A stretch of DNA of 64,000 bases. Origin: Lobosporangium transversale (taxonomy: Eukaryota). A model generated the notes under the pieces. The model saw only the letters and a list, made by a program, of their open reading frames with translations. It did not search any database and was not told the DNA's origin. The DNA lies in contig NW_019028999.1 of the NCBI RefSeq assembly GCF_002105155.1, positions 496,001-560,000 on the forward strand, in the 5' to 3' direction. The position numbers and the translations under genes were made by a program. This document shows, piece after piece, positions 15,218 to 26,498 of the stretch; position 1 is the stretch's first letter; each line of letters starts with the position of its first letter.

Positions 15218-15398
15218 GTTATTTGCACGGGCCCGTACACCCCTTATTTGTACGGCCCCCGTGCAAATAAATTTTTACTTATAAAAAAAATTATTTGCAC
15301 TGAAACGTACACACTCTATTTACACTGCTCCCCCCGTACAAATAAAAAAAAGTTATTTGCACGGGGGGTCTTTTTTTATTTGCACGGGGTCTCTTTTT
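15218..15398. repeat. TTATTTGCACGG/CCGTGCAAATAA subterminal-type repeat cluster
   Basis: Multiple direct and inverted TTTGCACGG units. Inverted relative to 16746-16860. Related units at 12895-12945, 13118-13177 and 14558-14605. Confidence 0.75.
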
Positions 15399-16868
15399 CA
15401 TCTACAAGCAGCAACGTGTATCCTACAGACTACATGATTCTGGCTTTATATAAATAAGTGGAGGTGAGTCTAGAGTAGAGAGGGGTCTGGAATTATTACT
15501 GGTGGAAGTTGCAGCGCCGTGGGAGCTGCCAAACAGCTCATTTGTGACATACAAAAATACTACCATTAGACCCATATAGCGTATACGATGATTTAAATTA
15601 CCACTCACGTGGTGCAATGTTTTAACCTAATTGATATAACTTACTATGTATGTAATATGGAGCTAAAGTTCAATAAATTTACCCTTTTATTAATGAGGCA
15701 ATGTGGATAATCACTGAAGTTTTTGGGCAGTACAGGCTGAGGGAAAACGGCAAGAAATAAGATTGAAGACAGTGCTTCTCTTCATTACCATTTCAAGTGA
15801 TTGTACAATATGAAGCTGGTCCTTTAGACGCAGTGAGCATCTACATGTGCTGCTGAGTATGCAATACTGCGTGCTAAAGACGAACCAAGGTAAGTTGGCT
15901 ATGATAATAAACTTGGAATGTAATGAGACAAAACTAAGGATTATTGCGATTAGCAGTCATTTATATGGGTTTTTACTATAGCTAAGGTTTTTACCCTTTT
16001 TATTTAACGAAGATCGTACACTATTAAGCACACAACGATGAATTCAGTTATTAGGAATCTCTAACGTGTAGTTTGTGTCGGTAGATGTACAAACAATCAT
16101 ACAATCATACTCATTTCTACGATGTATAGCGTGCCGTGTTACTACCTACTCTCTTTCTTTTCCCTTTCTGTTTATCAAATTCATCAAAATACAATGGGTA
16201 GACCTCAGCTTATTTTGTGGAATATCTATCTTCTTACCCGATATTACTTGTCTTTTGATAGTTGGTGACAGTTCGCACTCAAAGCCGAACGTGCACAATC
16301 ACCTATATCTCTATATCTTAGTGGCTAAAATACTTTAATAGCATAACCGTGACTAATAGTGATAGAAAAGAGACATAAATATTCTTTTCTGTTATTGAAA
16401 TATGCCAGGGTCATAATAAGTAGCGAGAACGAAAGAAAGGTGTCTTTATTATGAAATACCTAAGATGTATGCACGCGTTAAATGAAAGAAAGCATCGGGG
16501 AACCATCCACAATCTATAACAATGCAACCAACAAAAGTGCAAAGTAAAGCTGCATAGTATATTTCAACTATAGATAAATCATTTGTAATTCTGTATTTAG
16601 TCCCAGTCGCATAAAGAATGCCAACATCTACTCTGAGCTACATACGAACTTGATAAGATATTCTGGTCAGTATTTGATGCTTAGGCAGCGGCTCTAGATC
16701 TAAGCCTGTGTCATGGAAGGCTTCCTGGTTATGGTGTTTAGGGCTAAAATAAAGACCCCGTACAAATAAAAAAAAAGACCCCCCGTGCAAATAACTTTTT
16801 TTTATTTGCACGGGGGGAGCGGTGTAAATAAGGTGTGTACGGGGCAGTGCAAATAGATTTTTTAAATA

Positions 16869-17265
16869 CAGCGTTTTTAATTGTTTTATCCATTTTAAAA
16901 AAACATTTATCCATTTTCAATTTGCATTGCTCCGATGGGAAATAAGCTTTATCCATTTAAGCTAATAAAATTATCCTATAAGTTATCCGAATGTGTCTGA
17001 AATATTATCCATTTTTTCAAACATAATAACCGAACCGACTGTAACAAATATCCAAACACCATGTCCTTTTCCATGTCCCACAAAAGTCATGGTTAATTCC
17101 GCATGACCACTTGGACAAAATTTGCAAACACTTGGATAAATTTCTCAGCCCTTTTCGGCCAACTTTTTAACTTACCTTTGGATAAATTTTTTTATTCATT
17201 GGAACAATTTTAAAAAAAAACCGATAAAGTTTATTTTAAAATGGATAAAACAATTAAAAACGCTG
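16869..17265 (+). mobile_element. Complete MITE (397 bp), Tc1/mariner-pogo-like
   Basis: TIR CAGCGTTTTTAATTGTTTTATCCATTTTAAAA ... TTTTAAAATGGATAAAACAATTAAAAACGCTG, flanked by TA at 16867-68 and 17266-67. Confidence 0.9.
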
Positions 17266-17348
17266 TATTTGTACGGCCCCCGTGCAAATATCTTTTTTCA
17301 TAGATTAATCCATCCCCACATCAAAAATAATCGAAGTTGTCAAAAGAG

Positions 17349-17421
17349 TGCCTCAACCCGGATTTGAACCAGGGACCTCTTGTTTACAAGACAAGTGCGC
17401 TAACCACTGTGCCATTGAGGC
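17349..17421 (-). tRNA. tRNA-Thr (anticodon TGT), intronless
   Basis: Reverse complement folds as GCCTCAA/TTGAGGC acceptor stem, D arm, CTTGT-CTTGTAA-ACAAG anticodon arm and CCTGG-TTCAAAT-CCGGG T arm. Confidence 0.96.
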
Positions 17422-17546
17422 TGCAATGTTGTTATTTTGTCGTAAATCTGCTATTTACCTATCCTCTTCTTCATTATTTCCATCATCATTCAGTACTTTT
17501 ATCATTATTTCCTTTATCAATCCTAGTATTTAAATCACTTTGGCTT

Positions 17547-18220
17547 TGCCCAATGGCTGAGTAGTATACTCGTCAGGGCACCCTCCTGTCTAGCCCAGGG
17601 GCCGGGTTCGAGTCCTGGTTAAGGCACATAAAGTGAAGCAAACATGTGCCAGGTCAGGGATTTGCTTGAGTTTTTATACTTTCTCTCCGAGACAGCCTAG
17701 TGTTCTCCGCTAAGGCTAAGATCGTGGGTGCACTACCCTAAGTCGCCTGGCTGGCCACATGTCTTAGGTATATATTCCACCCCCCAGCCGAACCAGCGGT
17801 ACATCTGGCAGCACATCCTCCATCCACCCACTTGACTAGGACAGCGATGATCACAAAGTTTGACGGAGTCCAAAGTAGAAATTTCAGACCAATCCCGCAA
17901 GATTTGGGTCCACATGCCAGTGGATTTGATCGAATAGAAAAAATTAAAAGTCGTCCTTAGCTAGAGTCGGCACGCCAGCCTCCGCGGCTTTTCACGGGCG
18001 CAACAGGCCACATCGGAAGGATGGACTTCGAGTACCGATCACGGTGTACATTGGTAGAGAAAAACATGGATACGAATTGGCTCTTCACAGCCATCCCGTG
18101 CGAACTTTGAGAGTTTCGCTTGTTTCATAGTTGAGGGCGATATCATTACTTTAGAGCGAGATTATGAAATAAAATTCCTCACCTCTGTGGGTTCTTGTTA
18201 ACAGGAAAAAAAAAAAAAAA
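17547..18220 (+). mobile_element. tRNA-derived SINE with LINE-derived 3' tail
   Basis: A-box-like TGGCTGAGTAG and B-box GGTTCGAGTCC in a tRNA-like head. Ends GGGTTCTTGTTAACAGG-poly(A). 19-bp TSD ATTTAAATCACTTTGGCTT at 17528-17546 and 18221-18239. Confidence 0.88.
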
Positions 18221-18701
18221 ATTTAAATCACTTTGGCTTCTTTGCAAAACAGCATCCCTCTTTTCACTTTTGATGCTATTTTGCAGGTGAGCGACTTTTA
18301 TTATTATTTGTAGTTTTACTAAGTCAAGCTCGTTCTTATCAGTATTTATTAAAGATCCCTCTTTTCACTTTTGATGCTATTTTGCAGCATTCTCCAGGAC
18401 TATCATTGTTGATTTATGATCCTTTAGTGATCTATTTGTCAGATTATCCTCCTTTGGCACTTTGTCCATTTATGAATTTATCTTTTGGCACTTCGTCCAA
18501 TTTTTTATTATCATTTTGTTCATTTTCTGTCAATCTTTGGGATCATTGACAGATCTTTCCACGTCAATTTGTCGTAATACTTCTACTACTGATTTCTAGA
18601 AACGAGTAGGTAAGTGATAAAATGAAAGATTAGGCGAAATCCTCGATTTTGGATACGAATAGTGATCCTAATAAGTAGGCAAAACTCTTCTCCGTACACC
18701 A

Positions 18702-19218
18702 CTGAGAAAGAGACAATGGTATCACCTCTGTGAGCAAACGCGCCAGGGGACGCAACTGTGTTGGGAGGCACAGACGTAGCAGAGGTGAATTCTTTGGCTC
18801 TCACCAGGGACAACGACGAACAGCAGATGTGAAGGCGATCAGAACTGAGGCAGACCGGCGAGTGGCGGCAAGCTACCGGCAGCAGGTGGAATTGGCGATT
18901 ATGGAGCGCCTGGAAAGCTGTAAATTTTTGATGATTGAGGACAGCGGCTAAAGGATGACCTTCGCGCACAACAGGCCAAGTAGGGAGTAGAGCCGTGCCA
19001 CAGGTCCTCTGGGACCAAGGAAGTCTACTCAATGCTGACGTGGTTTATGAACAGGATGTAGTACTGTGGCAGTATGACGATGCGGCTTCGGTCGATTATT
19101 GGATACCGCTTTATTTGCGACCCCGGTAATGGGGCAACCCATTTATAGAGCTAACATCTAAATAAATCCTACATGACCTCGTGGGTCCTTGTTATCAAAA
19201 AAAAAAAAAAAAAAAAAA
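18702..19218 (+). mobile_element. 5'-truncated non-LTR retrotransposon end (copy A)
   Basis: ORF C-terminus SKRARGRNCVG...KFLMIEDSG is homologous to copy B. Tail GGGTCCTTGTTATC-poly(A). TSD AAAACTCTTCTCCGTACACCA at 18681-18701 and 19219-19239. Confidence 0.9.
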
Positions 19219-19239
19219 AAAACTCTTCTCCGTACACCA

Positions 19240-20160
19240 TCGGATTCGCACATCTGGAGATGTCCAAGGACGATGGAGACTCAGGCCGATAAGTGGAAGG
19301 AGATAATCCAAAATGTGAATGTGATAGGGGAGGGGACATGGAGGAAAGAGTTGAAAGCAGCGCAGGAGCAAGCACAAAGGGCCAGAGAGAGAGGTGTAGA
19401 CCCACCAAGGACAAAAGAGCCAACTTTTACTGCGGCAGAGGAGGACTACATTTGGGGAACTCTGGAGATGCATATCGATGGCGTGCGAGAAGTACGACGC
19501 AGTGGTGATGGGAACGGCGATGATGAGGATGTGGAAGAGATAGAGCACACACCAGATTGGTCTGTGCAGGACATTTACCATGGACTTACGCCCAAGTCCA
19601 TTGCTCAGAGTTGGAAAGTTGGCTTCAAGACAACAACAAGGATAGCTACATATATGGCAGGGCGCTTCGTCAAGGCCATAGAAGAATTCGGTCGTACAGA
19701 AATCTGGAACAAACGGTGTAAAGTCACTGTTGAATGGGAAAAGGCTCGTGGAATCACTGCTATGAGCAAACGCGCTAGAGGACGCAACTGTGTTGGGGAG
19801 CACAGACGTAGTAGCAATGATTTCCTTGCCCCTTCCCTCAGACAAAGACAGAAGCTGAATGTAAAAGAGATCTACAAAATCGCGGATAACCGAGTCCGGG
19901 ACATTTACCTTGGGAAAGCCAAACTGGACGTGATGGAGCGGCTAGGTGGAATGAAGTTTTTGATGACTATGGATAGCGGATAATTTGTCGCGTTACGCAA
20001 CGGGCCACGCCGGAAAGGTGGACTTTGAGTACCAACCACGGCGGTCAGGGTTTATGAAATCATGGATGCAGCGGCTCTCGCCGTTTGTGCAGTAATAACT
20101 GTTTATTGACCATAGTTTCTGGAGCATTCTGTTCATAGAGCGTTGAGGGTCCTTGTTATC

Positions 20161-20189
<29 letters not shown>
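19240..20189 (+). mobile_element. 5'-truncated non-LTR retrotransposon end (copy B), ORF2 C-terminus
   Basis: ORF starts at HIWRC (end of a CCHC zinc knuckle typical of LINE ORF2) and contains EIWNKRC. Tail GAGGGTCCTTGTTATC-poly(A). Confidence 0.85.
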
Positions 20190-20193
<4 letters not shown>

Positions 20194-20597
20194 GGCGGGG
20201 AGTGAAATATGCCAGGATCATAATAAGTAACGATGTCTTTATCATCTTCGTTAAATAAAAAGGGGTAAAATCTTAGCTATAGTAAGAACCCATATAAATG
20301 ACTGCTAACCGCAACAGAGAGCAAGTTTACTACACTAAAAAATTGAGCCAATATCTCGAGAGAGGAAGTCGAGCAATAGGACCTGCTCCATAGTCTAGAG
20401 ATGATGAGCCTCTCGGAATGTCTGAAGCAATGGCCGAACGCTAGACAAAACAGACATTAATCCTCACCATCTACGCTAGTATTATAGTTCAAACACAATA
20501 TTGTCCCTGCTCAGAAATGCGCGATAGAGAAGGATCCTAAATGGCTAAAAATCTCAGAGGCATTAGTAGAATTAAAAAAAAAAAAAAAAAAAAAAAA

Positions 20598-21678
20598 GTT
20601 GCGCCCCTCATCTGTTCTGCACACATAATATGTAGGAAAACCATCTGTTGTGCACGATGTGGAGTGGCGGCCAAGGCTAGACCATATCCATAATAAACGC
20701 CCTGTGCACTCTTACTACAGCAATGCCAAGGATACTGCGGCTAGATGCCACCACATCAAGAAGCTGCATAGCATACTACCTACCCTCAATGTCTTGCAAG
20801 CTAGGCAACCTGTCCTTTATCCAGATTGAGTCTACTATGCCTGTGGGTTGAAGACGAAGGCAACAGCCATGTATGGGCCAGGTCAGGCCCACAGTAACTT
20901 TTGGGGGGAAGCTCTGTCACGCATAGATCGCTGGGGTCGTGCAGCCACTACCAAATACAATCAAGTCCACAAGAGCACGAACCTGAGATGGGTCAGCCCT
21001 GATCGAGATGTACGCTTGCAAGGGCTCTCATGCATTAGTAGAGTACGTGCGATTTTAAGCGCAGGCAACAAAACCGATCGTCCTCCTGATCTCAAATGGA
21101 GCCTCAGCGGCCTCTACCGAGGTATTACACCACTTAATTTGGTAAGCAAATGGGACCCTCTGTTCTGCACAGCGCGATCTATCGCTCGTAAAGTGATTCA
21201 CAGGCTTACCTTGAGCCACGCTGTAAGAAAAGCATCGCCGAGGCAGAAGTGTGCGCCACACACCGGACTAAGAGGTGACTGGAGCAACGGATATGGTCTT
21301 ATGACAGGAGAAGGCTTTTGCCCTTGTGGTGCGGTAATGGATGTGCATCGTGGCAGGCGCTGTCCAGGACCTACGTTGTACCCACCCGCCACAGACAAGG
21401 TTCTGTTGCAGAGTTTGTTAGGACAGCGGGTTGACAACCATGGAAAGGATGGGGGCAATTCCTTTCCTGAATCAGTATGTTTTCGATGTAAAGCACGGTG
21501 GTGAGCCGTGCAATAGTCGCGCGACGCCCGAAGGGCTTACTGAGGGAACGTGGCTAGGCTTATAGCGGCTGTGAAGCGATCCTCTCCGGAGGATGGGACA
21601 TCAAGTACATTCTGAGCTAGATAGTTCTTCAGTTTTATAGCGTTGTTCGTTTAGAGGGCAAATTGTTATAAAAAAAAA
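20598..21678 (+). mobile_element. Degenerate LINE ORF2 3' fragment (copy C)
   Basis: Disrupted reading KKLHSILPTLNVLQARQPVLYP..ACG, and YRGITP similar to YHGLTP in copy B. Tail GAGGGCAAATTGTTAT-poly(A). Confidence 0.7.
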
Positions 21679-22354
21679 GCTGCATGCCCCAAAAGAGGGT
21701 GGGTGAGTCCTTGATGTAGCCGTAAGCACGCATGCAGAACCCGCTACGGAGGGTGAGGACCCTTGTTTCAGAAAAAAAAACACGTTACGGAGGGCCTGAA
21801 GTATCGCCACTCTGGTTCAACCAACTTCAAAACTTTTGCTCCGACAGTGGTTATGTGGGTAGGCAGGCAAGGGGGTGGAACAGGAGGAAACTGGAGCTCT
21901 TAGACGTCCTAAGGATCCTTCGCATGACCTTCGGGGGTTCCTGTTCTGAGGGCCCTTGTTATCAAAAAAAAAAAAAAAAAAAAAAAAAGACAGCTCGGTA
22001 GACAGGGCACTAAAGACGGAGATCAAGATCCAATTCGTGCGCCCAACCAATTCATAAAGAATGCGACAGCGAACGGAATCTTGACAGTATCACCGGCCAA
22101 CCAAGCTGCTGAACCAACAAATGGAATGGAATGGATTCTGGCTCAGCAAAAGGAGTGGAAGAAGGGACGAGAAGCTGTCATGAAAGAGGTACGCAGAGCA
22201 GCCATGGGAACGTAATCTGAGGGGACAGTGAGCAAAGTTATTTGCCATAATCAGAAGACCAAAACGCCACTAGGACCGAGGGCGAAGGCTTTATAGAGCT
22301 CACATCTAAAAAAATCCTACATGATCTTGTGGGTCCTTGTTATAAAAAAAAAAA
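21679..22354 (+). mobile_element. Three tandem short retroposon 3' ends (D, E, F)
   Basis: Tails GAGGACCCTTGTTTCAG-A9 (about 21780), GAGGGCCCTTGTTATC-poly(A) (about 21987) and GTGGGTCCTTGTTAT-poly(A) (about 22354). The last about 50 nt of F nearly match those of copy A. Confidence 0.75.
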
Positions 22355-22597
22355 GTAAACCTTCCCCTCCTGAAGTGTCCCTTACTTTATCCTTGGTATA
22401 AAACTTCAGGAATTTAGCGGCACCATTCACTTCAGCAGTAGTTGCTTGCACAGCATCGCTTCGTAGAGACTAATAAAGCCTTATCCTTGGCATAGCACTT
22501 CAGTATAACACTTTAGTGTGGTCAGTATATTTGTGCCTTGTTGCGGTCGTTACTAACATTCCTCAGTTCTTAAGCAGCATTTTGTTTATCATTGCTA

Positions 22598-22925
22598 CAG
22601 TGCTTTTAATTGTTATATCCATTTTCAATTTGCATTGTTCCGATGAGAAATATGCTATCTCCGATTTAAGCTAACATAATTATCCTAAAAGTTATATGAT
22701 GTGCCTGAAAAATTGTTCAAACGTGATAACCAAATCGACTATCACAAATATCCAAACATCATGTCATTACATGTCCCACTAAATCCCATGGCCACCTGGA
22801 TAAAATTTGCAAACGTTCGAATAAATTTCTCATTTTTACCTTTGGACAATTTTTTATTCGTTGGAGCAACATAAAAGAAGACAGATAAAACTTATTTTAA
22901 GCTGATAAAATAATTAAAAGCGCCG
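22598..22925 (+). mobile_element. Third MITE copy, same family as 16869-17265
   Basis: TA|CAGTGCTTTTAATTG ... AATTAAAAGCGCCG|TA, with the internal sequence collinear to the 16869 copy. Confidence 0.85.
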
Positions 22926-23938
22926 TATTCTTAAATTCAACTCTACAATACTAATTCCCATGAGTGCAAAAATGTTTACGTGCAAGATTTATTAAAATTC
23001 TAATGCAAAGGATCTAAATCACCCTTACATGTATACATATATATCTATATTCACTAATTTTTGGCCCCAGCTGGGAAAAAGTAGATCTGAAATAATAGCC
23101 TCTGGGTCCTTGTTATAAAAAAAGGGTATGTAGTGATTGCGCATCACTGTTCAAGGCCTTCACTACACTCGCCCACCATGCACTTTGTTGCAGTGGGGAA
23201 GAGAGAGGAAGAGCGATCTAGAAGTAATAAATATGAGCGAGCGAGCTGAGGATCAAACGTCCATCGTGCCTTCGCGTAGCCACTAGTAGGTTCCCTCCTG
23301 AATCATTGACTCGCCTAATCGCCAATCATTCCAACTTAAAGTATTTCAAAGCGCGATAGAATGCCATTGTATACTGTTCTATGATATGAAGTTACCTGTA
23401 TCCATGATAGATTTTTGGATATGGGTTTATCAAAGAAGAATGGGTGTAGTTTAGTCTTGAGAGTAGAACAGAAATCGTGTGATGCGAACCGTCTTTCCAA
23501 TCCAAGGAATAAAGAGAAAAGCCTAAGATAATTTACATTGGTACGAGAGATAAAAGGTGTTGAGTAATTATTTTTCATTTGCTTCTATACCTCAGGAAAA
23601 CCACTTACTGCCATTCAAGCCTAAAATTGCAAGCAACGCCTCAAATAAGGTTATTCGTTGCTTCAGGTGAATGCGCAAAAGTATATTTGTATACGTTTAT
23701 TTATCAGACGATTCTGAATGTGACACCTGAGCAATAGGGTAATATTCATGAGCGCGTGGAAGGTGGATTGCATAAGAGCAAATGCATCTTTAAATATCCC
23801 CTTTCTCTTCTTTTCTTCCATTGATTTGCTCTTCCTCCCTTCCCCTTCTCTACTCCTAGCTTCCACTCCACTCCACCCCTCTTCTCTTGTCTTCTATCTC
23901 TTTCCTAGTAGGGTTAGCATAACGTCTCACACACCACT

Positions 23939-26462
23939 ATGAAATTTGGCAAGATCCTAATAAGAAACCAGGTACATCCTTCGTTCTTCACCGTTACACT
24001 TTATTCTTTCATTGAAATAAATAGTTATAAATAGGCTTGTTCGAATTAAAGAAAACTCCCTCTCATTCCCCTCTCACACCCCCTCCCACACCCTCTCCCT
24101 CACCCTCTGAAAATTTGAATGGTTCTGAATGAAGCATTCACAGCGACAAATGATCTCCTGCTGAATCCTCATTTGGCTCATTTTGCCATGGAATGCGTAT
24201 GTACTTAGATCCCAGAATGGAGCCGCCATTATGTCTCTTATAAGGGTCTTAAAAAGGAGATCAAAAATGGGCAAGAGGCTCTGGAGAGTGAACAATCCTC
24301 CATGGACGACGTTATCACCGGTAACTTTTCTTTTAAACATATTGTCATGTGTCATGGCAATTTCATGAGATGCGTCATGCATGGATCAGAGCAAAAGAAG
24401 TCGCTGTTGTTCCCATGATTATTCATTTATCTCTTCATTTTTTTATGCTTCTAGCCTTCATTTTTCATTTGGACAGAGAAGTTGAGAAGGTCAATAACTT
24501 CTTCGTTTACAAACGATCAGAGTTAGAACGACGTCTCCGCATCCTGTCTGAAAAGGCTAGACGTCTTTATCCCAACAATAGCATATTAGGCAATGGAGCT
24601 ATCAACTCACCTGTCACTACAAATTCACCGACCAGTTCACGGAAGACATCCAAAGCCGGTGTTAGTCCACGTTTGGACTTATCCATTGTGACGGCACCTG
24701 CGCCGTCTTCTCCAATACCACCCACAACCGTATCCACCAATGCATCTTTAGTTCCGCCATCGCCCTTCATCAATGATCCCGAGGCTGACAGAGAGTGTTT
24801 GCAGGCCATGGTTGAAACTAAGGAGATGCTGTCCAAGCTCTCTTGGTTCGCAGAGATGAATCGCAGGGCCGTTGAAAAGATTCTCAAAAAGTAAGTAGTT
24901 TAGCGTAATATGTCGCGCTTACACTTGCATGTGCTTCTTTTCTCTTAAAATGAAATGAGAGGAAGAATAGGTCGAACAAAGTCCTTTTCTCTTTCTCAAG
25001 TAGTATTGATAATGCTTATTCATCAAAGGCATTACTATACGCAGGACAATTGGACATTTCATTCAGTCATCATCATCATTGGAGAGGATCTAATTTGACT
25101 CGATTTTTTCCGATAAGTGCGGGGATGATTGTTTGTATAATGTGCATGTTGATGTGGTTTCTTAGGATGAGAAGAAGGTCCTATTATCTGGCATAGGTAT
25201 TCACACATGTGTACTGCGCGTGTGTATCTTCGTTCACGCGGTTGCTTACGATAATTATCCTTCTTTCATTTCATCCTAAAATGGTGACATGATTTAAAAT
25301 TTTTCACACTATTGGCTTGAATGGCTGGACGAGCCTTTTAAACTTTGAAAATCTGCTCTCCTCTAGAAGTGTTCAGCACTGAACCACGAAGAAATAGCCA
25401 CTGGCTGACACGGACGCTAAATTTACTTCTCGTCATACTAGATTTGATAAGCGCATGGCTCTTTTCAGTCGTGAAGACTACATGGCGACAAAAGTTAGCC
25501 TGTTACCTTTTGTCATTGATGGGCAACTCTTGGAGATGACCATTACTATTGACGTCCTCATCCGGGATATGAATGCAGTCGTGGCGGAGTATCCCCCTTT
25601 CCACAGAGGAATATCGCCAACTCGCACTAGTACTGAAGCCCGATTTGGTCTGAGTGAACAGCAGCTAAAAGATGCAATCAATGCCATTGAACATGATGAT
25701 GCTATTGCACTCAAGGCCATAATTGACACCAAGTTGAATGAAATGCCTGAACTGGAAGACAAGCTTTTTTCAGCCGCTCAATCTAGCCGGCTTGGACAGG
25801 TAGAAACAAAACTTGTTCCTGTAAGATAGCATGTTCAGGTGATACATCCATCTAACTTACACGGTATCCGGTACCTCACTATTACTATACTATAGCTTCC
25901 AAGATCTCTATTCAAGAAAGCATGCGAAGAGAAGGCATTTCAATGTATCGCTTTAATAATGTCGTTTGGGGCAGGATCTTTAATGGTCAATGTTAACGAA
26001 CAGACTGTCTTGCATAGACTGACAATTGAAGGAGGGACCTTCACTAAGGCTTCTGACATAGAAGACGATCAGTCTATGTCGAAGCAACATGAGCATAAAG
26101 AAATATCTGTAGTTCGAGATGATCCAACGACGATCACGTTTATCCTTCAACAGCTTTCCTCATGCGCTCAACAGAATTCTTTATGTACTTTAAAATCGAC
26201 GGCGGATATCTTCGGTCGCCGGCCATTGCATTACGCAGCCATGCATGGCTTCCCTAACATTGCAAGAGCACTCCTTCAGGATCTCAAAGGCTCTGGCGAA
26301 TTTGTAGACTTTTCAGATCCTTACTGGTTTGATACAGATGGGTTCACGCCACTCATTTACGCCGTATCGCGGGGCCAGGCTGAGGTTCTGAAAGTCTTAA
26401 TAGAGGAGGGTGACATCCGCGATGTTGATGCTGTCACAAATGGTAAAAGTCTCTCGATATGT

Positions 26463-26498
<36 letters not shown>

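Larger units (their letters stand above)
12891..17298. mobile_element. Putative non-autonomous composite DNA element with long imperfect inverted ends
   Basis: 12891-13072 (AAAAGATATTTGCACGG...CCAGGAAGCCTTCC...CAGAGTAGATGTT) is the imperfect reverse complement of 16622-16860 plus 17268-17298 (...CCGTGCAAATATCTTTT). No TSD or transposase recognised. Confidence 0.5.

Noticed and set aside
15218..15398. CRISPR-like array
   Set aside because: The units are irregular, mixed in orientation and lack unique spacers, and the context is eukaryotic transposon sequence.
17547..17626. Second functional tRNA gene
   Set aside because: The acceptor and anticodon stems pair poorly, and it is the head of a TSD-flanked, poly(A)-tailed element.
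18255..18388. About 33-bp direct duplication ATCCCTCTTTTCACTTTTGATGCTATTTTGCAG
   Set aside because: Looks like a simple local duplication with no element features between the copies.
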